The notes below the pieces were generated by a model. It worked only from the letters and a program-made list of their open reading frames with translations, was not told the DNA's origin and did not search any database. The position numbers and the translations under genes are program-made. A stretch of DNA of 57,711 nucleotides from Simkaniaceae bacterium (GTDB lineage Bacteria > Chlamydiota > Chlamydiia > Chlamydiales > Simkaniaceae): positions 1 through 57,711 of the forward strand of contig JBFWSA010000011.1 of the NCBI GenBank assembly GCA_050248615.1. The letters are read 5' to 3'. Shown here in pieces: positions 47,625 through 56,099 of this stretch (positions are counted from its first letter, which is position 1; each line of letters opens with the position of its first letter).

Positions 47625-49148
47625 ATGGAAGAAAAGAAAGACAAGCCAGAAGAATTCAAATCAGAACATGTCACTTTCACTGTCGAACGTAAGCCCGAGT
47701 GTTATGTTGAATATAAGGTGAAGGTTAGTGCTGAAATCGTTATAAATGCGCGTAAAGAAGCTCTGCGCTCCATTGCAAAAGAAGTCTCTCTTCCCGGTTT
47801 CCGCAAAGGGCGTGCTCCGGATCACCTGATTGCTAAAAAATTCCCTAAACCTTTAGAAGAACGGTGGCAAAAAGCCATCGCCGATAGCGCTTTCCGTGAA
47901 TGTCAAAAAGTGGCTCAGATTCCCCTTTTATCCAATGACTCGCGTATCTCATTTAATATTGAAAAACAGTCCTTGGAAGAAGGGGCTGAAATGACCTACT
48001 CTTTTGAAACAGAACCTGTTGTTCCCAATATCGATCTCAATACCATCGAGTTAGAAGAGGTTAAACGGGAAGAAATTGACGCAAAAACATTAGAAAAGAC
48101 ACTCCACGATATTCAGATGTATTTTGCAGAGTGGGAAAAAGTCTCTGAACGGGCAACCAAGGTGGGTGATTTTGCTGTTGTAGACGTCGATATCATTGAA
48201 GAAACCCCTCCTAAAAAAGCTTTAGTCAATGCCCGTTTTGAAGTGAGCAAAGACAAAATGGCTAAATGGATGTATGACCTTGTTGTTGGCATGAAAATTG
48301 GAGAAGCTAAGGAAGGAGTGAGTGAAGCAGACAAAGAGGCGACTGAAGAAGAGAAAGCAGCGACCCCTCCTAAAAAAATCCGTCTCACTTTGAAAGGAAT
48401 TGAAACACCCAAGATTCCTGAAGTCGATGATGTTCTAGCCCAAAAAGTGGGAGCTAAAAATGCGAAAGAGATGAAAGACAACCTAGAAAAACTTCTCAAT
48501 AAGCAAGCAGATGAAAGACAACAACGCGCCTATAGAGAACAAGTGAGTACTTATCTTCTCGATCACTATCCCTTTGACCTTCCCAAATCTCTCCTTGCCA
48601 AAGAAACCCAGTACCGTATTAAACAGCTTGTCTCTGATCCCAGTTTCCAACGTAAAATGATGGGAATGGGTGAGCAAGAGCGCAAAAAAACGATTCAAGA
48701 TATCGAAAAGCAAGGGGAACGTGCCGTCCGTCTCTTTTATATCTCGAGAAAAATCATTCAAGAGCAAAAAATACAGGTTTCTCCTAGCGAGGTGCATCAA
48801 GGTGTCAAGACACCTTTGGAAGCCCTGTTTAGCGATCACTCTGACCACTACACAGCTCAGGAACAATCTCAAGAACAAAAAGCCATTGCGATGTCTCGCC
48901 TCATCTTAAGTAAAGCTGAGGACTTTATCATTTCAAAAGCGAAAATTGTTCCTCCTAAACCGAAGAAAAAGGAAGCCACTCCCACTAAAACAAATTCTAA
49001 AAAAGAAGAGGCTCCTGCAGAGCAAGGTGAAGCTCCGAAAAAGGGTGAAAAAAAAGCTGCTCCCAAAAAAACTCCTGCTGCGAAAAAGGCTCCAGCTAAG
49101 AAAACTACAGCTGCAAAAAAAACAGCTCCCAAGAAAAGCTCTAAATGA
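47625..49148 (+). CDS. tig: Trigger factor with Lys/Ala/Pro-rich C-terminal tail
   Basis: LPGFRKGRAP ribosome-binding signature; upstream of clpP-clpX. Confidence 0.93.
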   Translation: MEEKKDKPEEFKSEHVTFTVERKPECYVEYKVKVSAEIVINARKEALRSIAKEVSLPGFRKGRAPDHLIAKKFPKPLEERWQKAIADSAFRECQKVAQIPLLSNDSRISFNIEKQSLEEGAEMTYSFETEPVVPNIDLNTIELEEVKREEIDAKTLEKTLHDIQMYFAEWEKVSERATKVGDFAVVDVDIIEETPPKKALVNARFEVSKDKMAKWMYDLVVGMKIGEAKEGVSEADKEATEEEKAATPPKKIRLTLKGIETPKIPEVDDVLAQKVGAKNAKEMKDNLEKLLNKQADERQQRAYREQVSTYLLDHYPFDLPKSLLAKETQYRIKQLVSDPSFQRKMMGMGEQERKKTIQDIEKQGERAVRLFYISRKIIQEQKIQVSPSEVHQGVKTPLEALFSDHSDHYTAQEQSQEQKAIAMSRLILSKAEDFIISKAKIVPPKPKKKEATPTKTNSKKEEAPAEQGEAPKKGEKKAAPKKTPAAKKAPAKKTTAAKKTAPKKSSK

Positions 49149-49151
49149 GGC

Positions 49152-49181
49152 TTGACCTGAACCTTATTTGCCGTCTATAAA
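49152..49181 (+). promoter_or_regulatory. Putative sigma66 promoter for clpP-clpX
   Basis: TTGACC-18 nt-TATAAA, 30 nt upstream of clpP. Confidence 0.4.
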
Positions 49182-49210
49182 AGAGAAAAACGCGAATCAA
49201 AGGAAACGAC

Positions 49211-49813
49211 ATGCCATTAATCCCCTACGTCATCGAAGATACCGGCCGTGGTGAACGCTCGATGGATATCTACTCCCGTCTTCTCAAAGATAGGATTATC
49301 TTCATTGGAACCGAAATCAATGACCAGGTCGCCAATGCTGTTGTTGCCCAACTGATTTTCCTAAGGGCTGAAGACCCGAAAAAAGATATCAGTATTTATA
49401 TCAACTCTCCAGGTGGCATCATCTCCGCAGGGCTTGCGATTTACGATACCATGCGTTTTCTGGGAATCGACATCAATACCTATTGCATTGGACAAGCTGC
49501 TTCCTTAGGAGCTCTTCTCCTTTGTGCTGGAACAAAAGGGAAACGGTATTCTCTCCCCCACAGTCGGATCATGATTCACCAACCCTTAGGGGGGATTACA
49601 GGAAGCTCAGCCGATATTCACATTCAGGCTCAAGAGATCATCTACCAAAAGCGCCTCCTTGCAACAATCATTGCGGAGCATACAGGACAACCTCTTGAAA
49701 AAGTCATTGAAGACTCGGAAAGAGATTACTATATGAGTCCTGAAAATGCTGTAAAATACGGCCTGATCGATAAAGTGGTTACTCCCACCAAAAAACAAAG
49801 TGATAAGAAATAA
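49211..49813 (+). CDS. clpP: ATP-dependent Clp protease proteolytic subunit
   Basis: [33 protein letters not shown]. Confidence 0.98.
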   Translation: MPLIPYVIEDTGRGERSMDIYSRLLKDRIIFIGTEINDQVANAVVAQLIFLRAEDPKKDISIYINSPGGIISAGLAIYDTMRFLGIDINTYCIGQAASLGALLLCAGTKGKRYSLPHSRIMIHQPLGGITGSSADIHIQAQEIIYQKRLLATIIAEHTGQPLEKVIEDSERDYYMSPENAVKYGLIDKVVTPTKKQSDKK

Positions 49814-51058
49814 ATGAACAAGAGACCGTCCTCTTCTCAAGAAATGGCAGCCTGCTCATTCTGTGGGCGCACCGAAGACTCTGTAGAAAAACTTGTCTCC
49901 GGACCAAATGCCTTTATCTGTGACAAATGCGTCCGTTTATGCATGGATATTGTCGAAAAAAAAGCGGTCAAACACGAACTCAAGCTTCTTAAACCCAAAG
50001 AAATCAAAGAGCGCTTAGACGCCTATATCATTGGCCAAGACAAGGCGAAAAAAACCATTTCTGTTGCTGTTTATAACCATTACAAACGGATCCGCGCCCT
50101 TGCTCAAGAGTCGAGAGAACTGGAGTATAGTAAATCCAACGTCTTACTTCTGGGCCCAACCGGCTCGGGAAAAACCCTGATCGCCCGTACACTTGCAGAA
50201 ATTCTAGATGTCCCCTTTGCTATTGCGGATGCCACCACACTGACAGAAGCGGGATATGTGGGAGAAGATGTTGAAAACATCATCCTCCGCCTTGTTCAAA
50301 ATGCCGATTATGACATTGCACGCGCTGAACAGGGAATCATCTATGTCGATGAAATCGATAAGATCCGTAAAACCACTGGCAATGTCTCGATCACTCGTGA
50401 TGTTTCCGGAGAGGGTGTTCAACAAGCTCTTCTTAAAATCGTCGAAGGAACGGTTGCCAATGTTCCCCCAAAAGGAGGGCGAAAACATCCCAACCAAGAG
50501 TATATCAAAGTCAACACCCAAAACATTCTATTTATCGCGGGAGGAGCCTTTGTAAACCTCGAAAAAATCATCGCAAAGCGTCTTGGAAAGGGCGTCATTG
50601 GTTTTGATACAGAAGCCCAAAACCGCGCTTTCGATGCCACAGAAACCAACTATCTCCTCTCGAAAGTAGAGACCGAAGATCTCGTGGAATTTGGCCTCAT
50701 CCCCGAGTTTGTGGGGCGTTTTAATAGTATTGCGAACTGCAACGAACTCACCCTTGAAGACCTTGTTGAAATCCTCGTCAAACCCAAAAATGCTGTCATC
50801 AATCAATATATCAGTCTCTTTGCTGAAGATGGTGTAGAACTTGCCTTCACCGAAGATGCCCTCAAAGCCATCGGTGCCAAAGCTAAAAAATCGGACACAG
50901 GTGCCCGGGCCCTTCGCATGATCGTAGAAACCCTACTCATGGACCTGATGTACGAAGTCCCCTCTGATCCCACGATCAAACATGTCACCATCGAAGAAGC
51001 CACCGTCAATGATGATAAACCCCCCATCATCAAACACTCCAAAGAACAGACAGGCTAG
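49814..51058 (+). CDS. clpX: Clp protease ATP-binding subunit ClpX
   Basis: CSFCG zinc-binding domain, [29 protein letters not shown] loop. Confidence 0.98.
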   Translation: MNKRPSSSQEMAACSFCGRTEDSVEKLVSGPNAFICDKCVRLCMDIVEKKAVKHELKLLKPKEIKERLDAYIIGQDKAKKTISVAVYNHYKRIRALAQESRELEYSKSNVLLLGPTGSGKTLIARTLAEILDVPFAIADATTLTEAGYVGEDVENIILRLVQNADYDIARAEQGIIYVDEIDKIRKTTGNVSITRDVSGEGVQQALLKIVEGTVANVPPKGGRKHPNQEYIKVNTQNILFIAGGAFVNLEKIIAKRLGKGVIGFDTEAQNRAFDATETNYLLSKVETEDLVEFGLIPEFVGRFNSIANCNELTLEDLVEILVKPKNAVINQYISLFAEDGVELAFTEDALKAIGAKAKKSDTGARALRMIVETLLMDLMYEVPSDPTIKHVTIEEATVNDDKPPIIKHSKEQTG

Positions 51059-51307
51059 TCTCGTCTTTAACAACTTCAACTGTGAGTGTATTGCTAAAAC
51101 CATATTGATTATTACCTAATCAAAAAAGTTGATTTTTCGCGAATTTTATTTGAAAACAAGCAAAAAGAATGAGAAAAACCGAAAACTCAGCTTGCTGGCG
51201 AGCTGGGAAGACATTTATTGCAAATGCATTAGATTAAATTAATACCTTGATTTTTAATTTATATTTGAGATTTAATGTCGTTCCAAAAAGGACCCTGGAG
51301 AAAAACT

Positions 51308-52603
51308 ATGTCAAGTATTGACCTTCTAGCCCAAGCAAGAAAAGTAGGATCCCATACCATAAGAGAAGTCGTTGTTTCAGGGAAACGTTATGCCTTCTTC
51401 GATATTCAAAAAGATGGCAGCTTTCGCGATCTTTCCAAACTTACAGAAGGAGAAGTTTATGCGCTCGCTTCTCAATTAATTAAAGGTCAAGGAGAGCCCC
51501 CGCGTAGTTTAGTCAGCCGCTCTACCCCGATTTCCCGCCCTCCTGTAGCTCAAGAGCCTTCACCCCTAGAAAAGTTAAGCGCTGAAATTAGAGCTTGCAA
51601 AGCTGTATTAGAGCAACTCAATCAGGATGCTGCTGGCATGGAATATGCCGATGTCGATCCAACTCCCCTACTAGAGCGCGTGAATGCACTTTCTGCACGA
51701 CTCGCTCCTATTCAAAAACAAAAAACAGAGAATACCTCCACCTGGAAGGGATTAGATCCCGGACTACAAGGGACATTTACATCAACCTACTCAGCTCCTC
51801 CTACGCTACGCTCGAAACTGCAAGGTGTCCAAACAACCTACCTTTCTTTTGCAACTCTCCCTATAGATCAAAAAATCACGCAGGTTCAAAAAGAGGTGCG
51901 CAAAGTCCAAAGCGAACTCACATCTATCCGAATAGGGGATCTATCATTCTTTACAGGCCGGAAAAAAATCCTCATTTTAGCCAAAAATAGAGTCGATCAT
52001 TTAAGAACGCTTACTCCCTCTAGCAGTCCACTCAGTCAATTGGCAAAAGAAATCAAAACCATCTATGCCAACCTAAAAGCTAAAAAAGAGGACTATCAAA
52101 AGGGTTTGAAAGCTTTTGAATCAGCGGCGGCTCCCCTTGGGTATAAACTGATCGACTTAGAATCGAGATCTGGTGGTTTAACAAGTAGGCTATCTAAAGA
52201 AAAGTTCCGCTTAGCCGAACAGGATCGTGAGGCGGCTAGCCTCAGAAATGAAATTGACGCCCTTGAAAGTGAAATGGGACCCTTACGCCCTCAATCTTAT
52301 TCCCAAGAAGAGGAGCTCCAAAAAATGCACGAACGGATCGCTAAATTAAAAGATCAGTGGCCAAATGCCTTTGGACGATTCACCAAAAGTATAGCTGAAT
52401 TCTTATCTCCCCAAAAAACACCACCTACTTATAGCTATACATCTTACGGAGCCCCATCTTCTTCTGTAGATCATTATCAAGTAAGACATGAAATGAACCA
52501 AAAATATTCTAAAATACAAGAGTCACAGAATAATGCGTTCTGCGCATCAATTGCAGCTAGTTCTGCAAGATCTAGGGAATTCCGTAAACATTATTTACAT
52601 TAG
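51308..52603 (+). CDS. Coiled-coil hypothetical protein, candidate effector (paralog 1)
   Basis: Likely start MSSIDLL (GGAG upstream); near-identical core shared with 54738-55994. Confidence 0.8.
   Translation: MSSIDLLAQARKVGSHTIREVVVSGKRYAFFDIQKDGSFRDLSKLTEGEVYALASQLIKGQGEPPRSLVSRSTPISRPPVAQEPSPLEKLSAEIRACKAVLEQLNQDAAGMEYADVDPTPLLERVNALSARLAPIQKQKTENTSTWKGLDPGLQGTFTSTYSAPPTLRSKLQGVQTTYLSFATLPIDQKITQVQKEVRKVQSELTSIRIGDLSFFTGRKKILILAKNRVDHLRTLTPSSSPLSQLAKEIKTIYANLKAKKEDYQKGLKAFESAAAPLGYKLIDLESRSGGLTSRLSKEKFRLAEQDREAASLRNEIDALESEMGPLRPQSYSQEEELQKMHERIAKLKDQWPNAFGRFTKSIAEFLSPQKTPPTYSYTSYGAPSSSVDHYQVRHEMNQKYSKIQESQNNAFCASIAASSARSREFRKHYLH
51365..52362 (+). repeat. ~1 kb direct repeat, copy 1
   Basis: Colinear and near-identical to 54810-55807 (offset 3445). 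Confidence 0.92.
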
Positions 52604-52639
52604 CACTATGCATCTAGTGGTCCGTAACAAAAATTCTAG

Positions 52640-52712
52640 TATGCTTAATCTGTTAAATTGGATTTTCGGTGGTACCCAAGCTATGTTATTTATCGATCAC
52701 AAATGACTCTTT
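52640..52712. repeat. Degenerate family A remnant
   Basis: AAATTGGATTTTCGG...GATCACAAATGACTC resembles the family A left half; abuts a younger copy. Confidence 0.55.
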
Positions 52713-52714
52713 AT

Positions 52715-52788
52715 TATACTCAAACAACTTCAAAAATTGGATTTTCGGCTGCGCCAAAAAACCAATTTTTGAAATTGTTTCGAGTATA
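52715..52788. mobile_element. MITE family A, internally deleted (74 bp)
   Basis: TATACTCAAACAACTTCAAAAATTGGATTTTCGGCTGCGCCAAAAAACCAATTTTTGAAATTGTTTCGAGTATA. Confidence 0.88.
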
Positions 52789-52864
52789 CACCACAAAATC
52801 ATCTTGATTATTATCTGATTACCAAATTAAACTTTTTCCAAGTTTAACCCGTTAGGAGGTTGTT

Positions 52865-53239
52865 ATGGCATTTGTCACAAGTACATTTATTCGCTTTGGA
52901 CTACCTAGAAGTACGTCATTTGTATATGAAAGAGCTCTACACACTAGTTCTCGAAGATGCTTTTCGCAAAAACTTTGTGTAGGACCAGCTCCTGGAGATA
53001 TCATCAATGCCGGTGATCCTGGATATAAATATTATATGAAAAATTTAGAAAAGTTTCGGAAAGATGGAAGGATCACTTATTTAACCCCAGAACAAATTTC
53101 ACGTTTACCACAAGAGGATGTTGAAGTATTTAAGGGGTTATTCAATGACCTGTTACGTAAAAATGAGGACTTATTTGGGGAAGTTAAAATACTAAATAGT
53201 AGAGTAGAGAAGCTCCTTAATAGTCCTGGAAGGGTTTAA
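52865..53239 (+). CDS. Hypothetical protein with mitochondrial-presequence-like N-terminus
   Basis: RBS AGGAGG; MAFVTSTFIRFGLPRSTSFVYERALHTSSRRCFSQ; C-terminal short coiled coil. Confidence 0.75.
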   Translation: MAFVTSTFIRFGLPRSTSFVYERALHTSSRRCFSQKLCVGPAPGDIINAGDPGYKYYMKNLEKFRKDGRITYLTPEQISRLPQEDVEVFKGLFNDLLRKNEDLFGEVKILNSRVEKLLNSPGRV

Positions 53240-53261
53240 TAGCTAACAATTAAGAAAAATA

Positions 53262-54656
53262 ATGGTCACTTCGGTTTTTCATCGTTTTCCCTCGCCTTTT
53301 TTTAGAGGATTAAGCCCTAATCCTGAACAAAAGCTGCAAAAGTGGATAGGAGCTGGTCCCGCTCTTTTTTTTACAGCTCATCCAAAACCCTTTGGACAAA
53401 CTAGAAGGTGTTTTACGTCTTCTTCTATAAAAGTTGAAGACACCTTAAAAACCCAACTTGCAGGGCAAATTGATGTTTACCAAGATTTTCTTAAATTCAG
53501 TAACCAAAGAAAGGTAGACACAGTCTTTCAACAGGGTTTGATAGATTCTCTTGCAAAATTTGGTATTCGTACCAATGTCAAAACACCTCTGAGAGACTCT
53601 TGGCAGCAGCTAGTTGAGTGCTTAGGGAAACATGATGAAACCCTTCCACCGTTCCACCCTCAAGATACCCAAGAGAATGTTTTTAATCTGTTTCGCTTCC
53701 CGAGACCATTACTAACTGATGAAGGCTTACGCTTTTCTCGCCAATCTAAGGACTATATAACAACCGTTACGGAATTTTATTGGACGCTGATTTTTCCAAA
53801 TATTGCTTTTACACGAGCCTCCGATTATCCTCTCTTAACAAGAGAACATGTAACTTCAATTTTTAATCAGGTAAGCACCTTGTTTCCTTCTTGGAAGCCC
53901 CATTCAAGCGAGCAACAAGTATTTGATCAAATGGTCTATTCCAGTGAAGAAGATGCTCTTGTAGCAATTCTTCTAGCTATTCCCTATATTCGTGAAGATA
54001 CATTAGTCCATGAACTAGGTTGTTGGAGTGGTGAAAATCTGACTAGACTTCTTTATCACACCCATCTTCAAGGCAAAGTCCCCTTAAAGTGTATTGGAAC
54101 AGATATTCATGAGATCGCATTAAACATAGGTGAATCTACTCTCAATTATTTAGGAATTCACAACCCTCATCTTCAACTTCATCTTGCAAATGCACGGTAT
54201 CCTTTGAACTTTACCTCTCTAAATATTTCTTATACCCACGAAGTAAAAATGGCTTTAAAACTGATTCCTGTTCTTGAACCTAATGATGCTCAACAGCTCC
54301 TAGAATCTGCTCGACTTTCATTCAGAAGTCCTGATTCCGTTTTAATTATAAGTTATCCTATTCTTAAAGGAGCCATGTACGAGTTAAATGAAAAGCGGTC
54401 TAAAGCTGATCCAACAAGATTTCACCGATCTCCTTTTGATGGGGGTGTTGTTTTTAAAACACCTTTTGAAGCACCGGAAATTCTCCCTCCTTATCTAAAA
54501 AAACTACATGACCAAAGAGTCCTGATTAATACATACTACTCTGAAGAAGGTTTTAATAATTTAGCCAAAGCAAGCGGCTTTGTTGTAAAACAGTCCATTT
54601 CTGTTGGCAATTACTCTGATAACTACCGCATCGTTTCTGTGCTAGCACAAAAATAA
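53262..54656 (+). CDS. Class I SAM-dependent methyltransferase-domain protein with presequence-like N-terminus
   Basis: Motif I LVHELGCWSGE, motif II CIGTDIH, C-terminal LAKASGFVV; N-terminus ending QTRRCFTSSS. Confidence 0.75.
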   Translation: MVTSVFHRFPSPFFRGLSPNPEQKLQKWIGAGPALFFTAHPKPFGQTRRCFTSSSIKVEDTLKTQLAGQIDVYQDFLKFSNQRKVDTVFQQGLIDSLAKFGIRTNVKTPLRDSWQQLVECLGKHDETLPPFHPQDTQENVFNLFRFPRPLLTDEGLRFSRQSKDYITTVTEFYWTLIFPNIAFTRASDYPLLTREHVTSIFNQVSTLFPSWKPHSSEQQVFDQMVYSSEEDALVAILLAIPYIREDTLVHELGCWSGENLTRLLYHTHLQGKVPLKCIGTDIHEIALNIGESTLNYLGIHNPHLQLHLANARYPLNFTSLNISYTHEVKMALKLIPVLEPNDAQQLLESARLSFRSPDSVLIISYPILKGAMYELNEKRSKADPTRFHRSPFDGGVVFKTPFEAPEILPPYLKKLHDQRVLINTYYSEEGFNNLAKASGFVVKQSISVGNYSDNYRIVSVLAQK

Positions 54657-54737
54657 ATTTTTTTTCCCTAGATAGTTGAAATTTAATTCGATCTACGGTT
54701 TAATCCTTCCTTAAAAAATTATCTTGGGGAAAGGGAT

Positions 54738-55994
54738 ATGGCAACAAAACCTCTTACTTATGCAGAACTTCTTGCCTATGCAAAACAAGTAGGCCCACAC
54801 ACAACACGTGAAGTCGTTGTTTCAGGGAAACGTTATGCCTTCTTCGATATTCAAAAAGATGGCAGCTTTCGCGATCTTTCCAAACTTACAGAAGGAGAAG
54901 TTTATGCCCTCGCTTCTCAATTAATTAAAGGTCAAGGAGAGCCTCCGCGTAGTTTAGTCAGCCGTTCTACCCCGATTTCCCGCCCTCCTGTACCGCAAGA
55001 ACCTTCACCCCTAGAAAAGTTAAGCGCTGAAATTAGAGCTTGCAAAGCTGTATTAGAGCAACTCAATCAGGATGCTGCTGGCATGGAATGTGCCGATGTC
55101 GATCCAACTCCCCTCCTAGAGCGCGTGAATGCACTTTCTGCACGACTCGCTCCTATTCAAAAACAAAAAACAGAGAATACCTCTACTTGGAAGAGATTAG
55201 ATCCCGGACTACAAGGGACATTTACATCAATCTACTCAGCTCCTCCTACGCTACGCTCGAAACTGCAAGGTGTCCAAACAACCTACCTTTCTTTTGCAAC
55301 TCTCCCTATAGATCAAAAAATCACGCAGGTTCAAAAAGAGGTGCGCAAAGTCCAAAGCGAACTCACATCTATCCGAATAGGGGATCTATCATTCTTTACA
55401 GGCCGGAAAAAAATCCTCATTTTAGCCAAAAATAGAGTCGATCATTTAAGAACGCTTACTCCCTCTAGCAGTCCACTCAGTCAATTGGCAAAAGAAATCA
55501 AAACCATCTATGCCAACCTAAAAGCTAAAAAAGAGGACTATCAAAAGGGTTTGAAAGCTTTTGAATCAGCGGCGGCTCCCCTTGGGTATAAACTGATCGA
55601 CTTAGAATCTAGATCTGATGGTTTAAAAAGTTGGATTTCTAAAGAAAAATTCCGCTTAGCCGAACAGGATCGCGAAGCGGCTAGCCTCAGAAATGAAATT
55701 GACACGCTTGAAAGTGAAATGGGTCCCTTGCGCCCCCAATCTTATTCCCAAGAAGAGAAGCTGCAAAAAATGCACGAACGGATCGCTAAGTTAAAAGATA
55801 AATGGCCTGATAGCTTCGGGCGATTGACAGCATCCGTTGGAGGGTTCTTTAAATCCCTTTTTGCCTCGAATACTCCTGGATACGTTGCTCCCGCTACTTA
55901 CTACCCTCAGAATCTTCCTCGCTGGCACTTTGAACAAACCCCTATCGATGCAGGGAGTCACCTGAATATAGGTTATAAATACGTCTACCATTAA
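54738..55994 (+). CDS. Coiled-coil hypothetical protein, candidate effector (paralog 2)
   Basis: Same core as 51308-52603 with different N- and C-termini. Confidence 0.8.
   Translation: MATKPLTYAELLAYAKQVGPHTTREVVVSGKRYAFFDIQKDGSFRDLSKLTEGEVYALASQLIKGQGEPPRSLVSRSTPISRPPVPQEPSPLEKLSAEIRACKAVLEQLNQDAAGMECADVDPTPLLERVNALSARLAPIQKQKTENTSTWKRLDPGLQGTFTSIYSAPPTLRSKLQGVQTTYLSFATLPIDQKITQVQKEVRKVQSELTSIRIGDLSFFTGRKKILILAKNRVDHLRTLTPSSSPLSQLAKEIKTIYANLKAKKEDYQKGLKAFESAAAPLGYKLIDLESRSDGLKSWISKEKFRLAEQDREAASLRNEIDTLESEMGPLRPQSYSQEEKLQKMHERIAKLKDKWPDSFGRLTASVGGFFKSLFASNTPGYVAPATYYPQNLPRWHFEQTPIDAGSHLNIGYKYVYH
54810..55807 (+). repeat. ~1 kb direct repeat, copy 2
   Basis: Colinear with 51365-52362. Confidence 0.92.
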
Positions 55995-56099
55995 GGACCT
56001 AATCTAGATCAAACTCATCTGAATCTAATGCAAAAGAATAGTCAAAAGAAATGGAGTCTCTTCCCAATAAAGATCCAGAAAGGATGGAGCGGCGGAAGT

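Noticed and set aside
43565..51058. Many 60-130 aa antisense or alternative-frame ORFs in SNF2, tig, clpP and clpX (also pheT and pckG)
   Set aside because: They overlap well-supported housekeeping genes and have no RBS or motif support
51140..51235. Possible further degenerate MITE around the hairpin CTCAGCTTGC/GCGAGCTGGG
   Set aside because: No convincing terminal inverted repeats could be identified
19905..52788. 35-bp palindromic repeats as a CRISPR array
   Set aside because: Copies are dispersed kilobases apart with no regular spacers and no cas genes; they are MITE termini
51595..55435. Twin 131-aa Cys-rich ORFs (51595-51990 and 55040-55435)
   Set aside because: Alternative-frame shadows of the duplicated genes; their similarity follows from the DNA duplication
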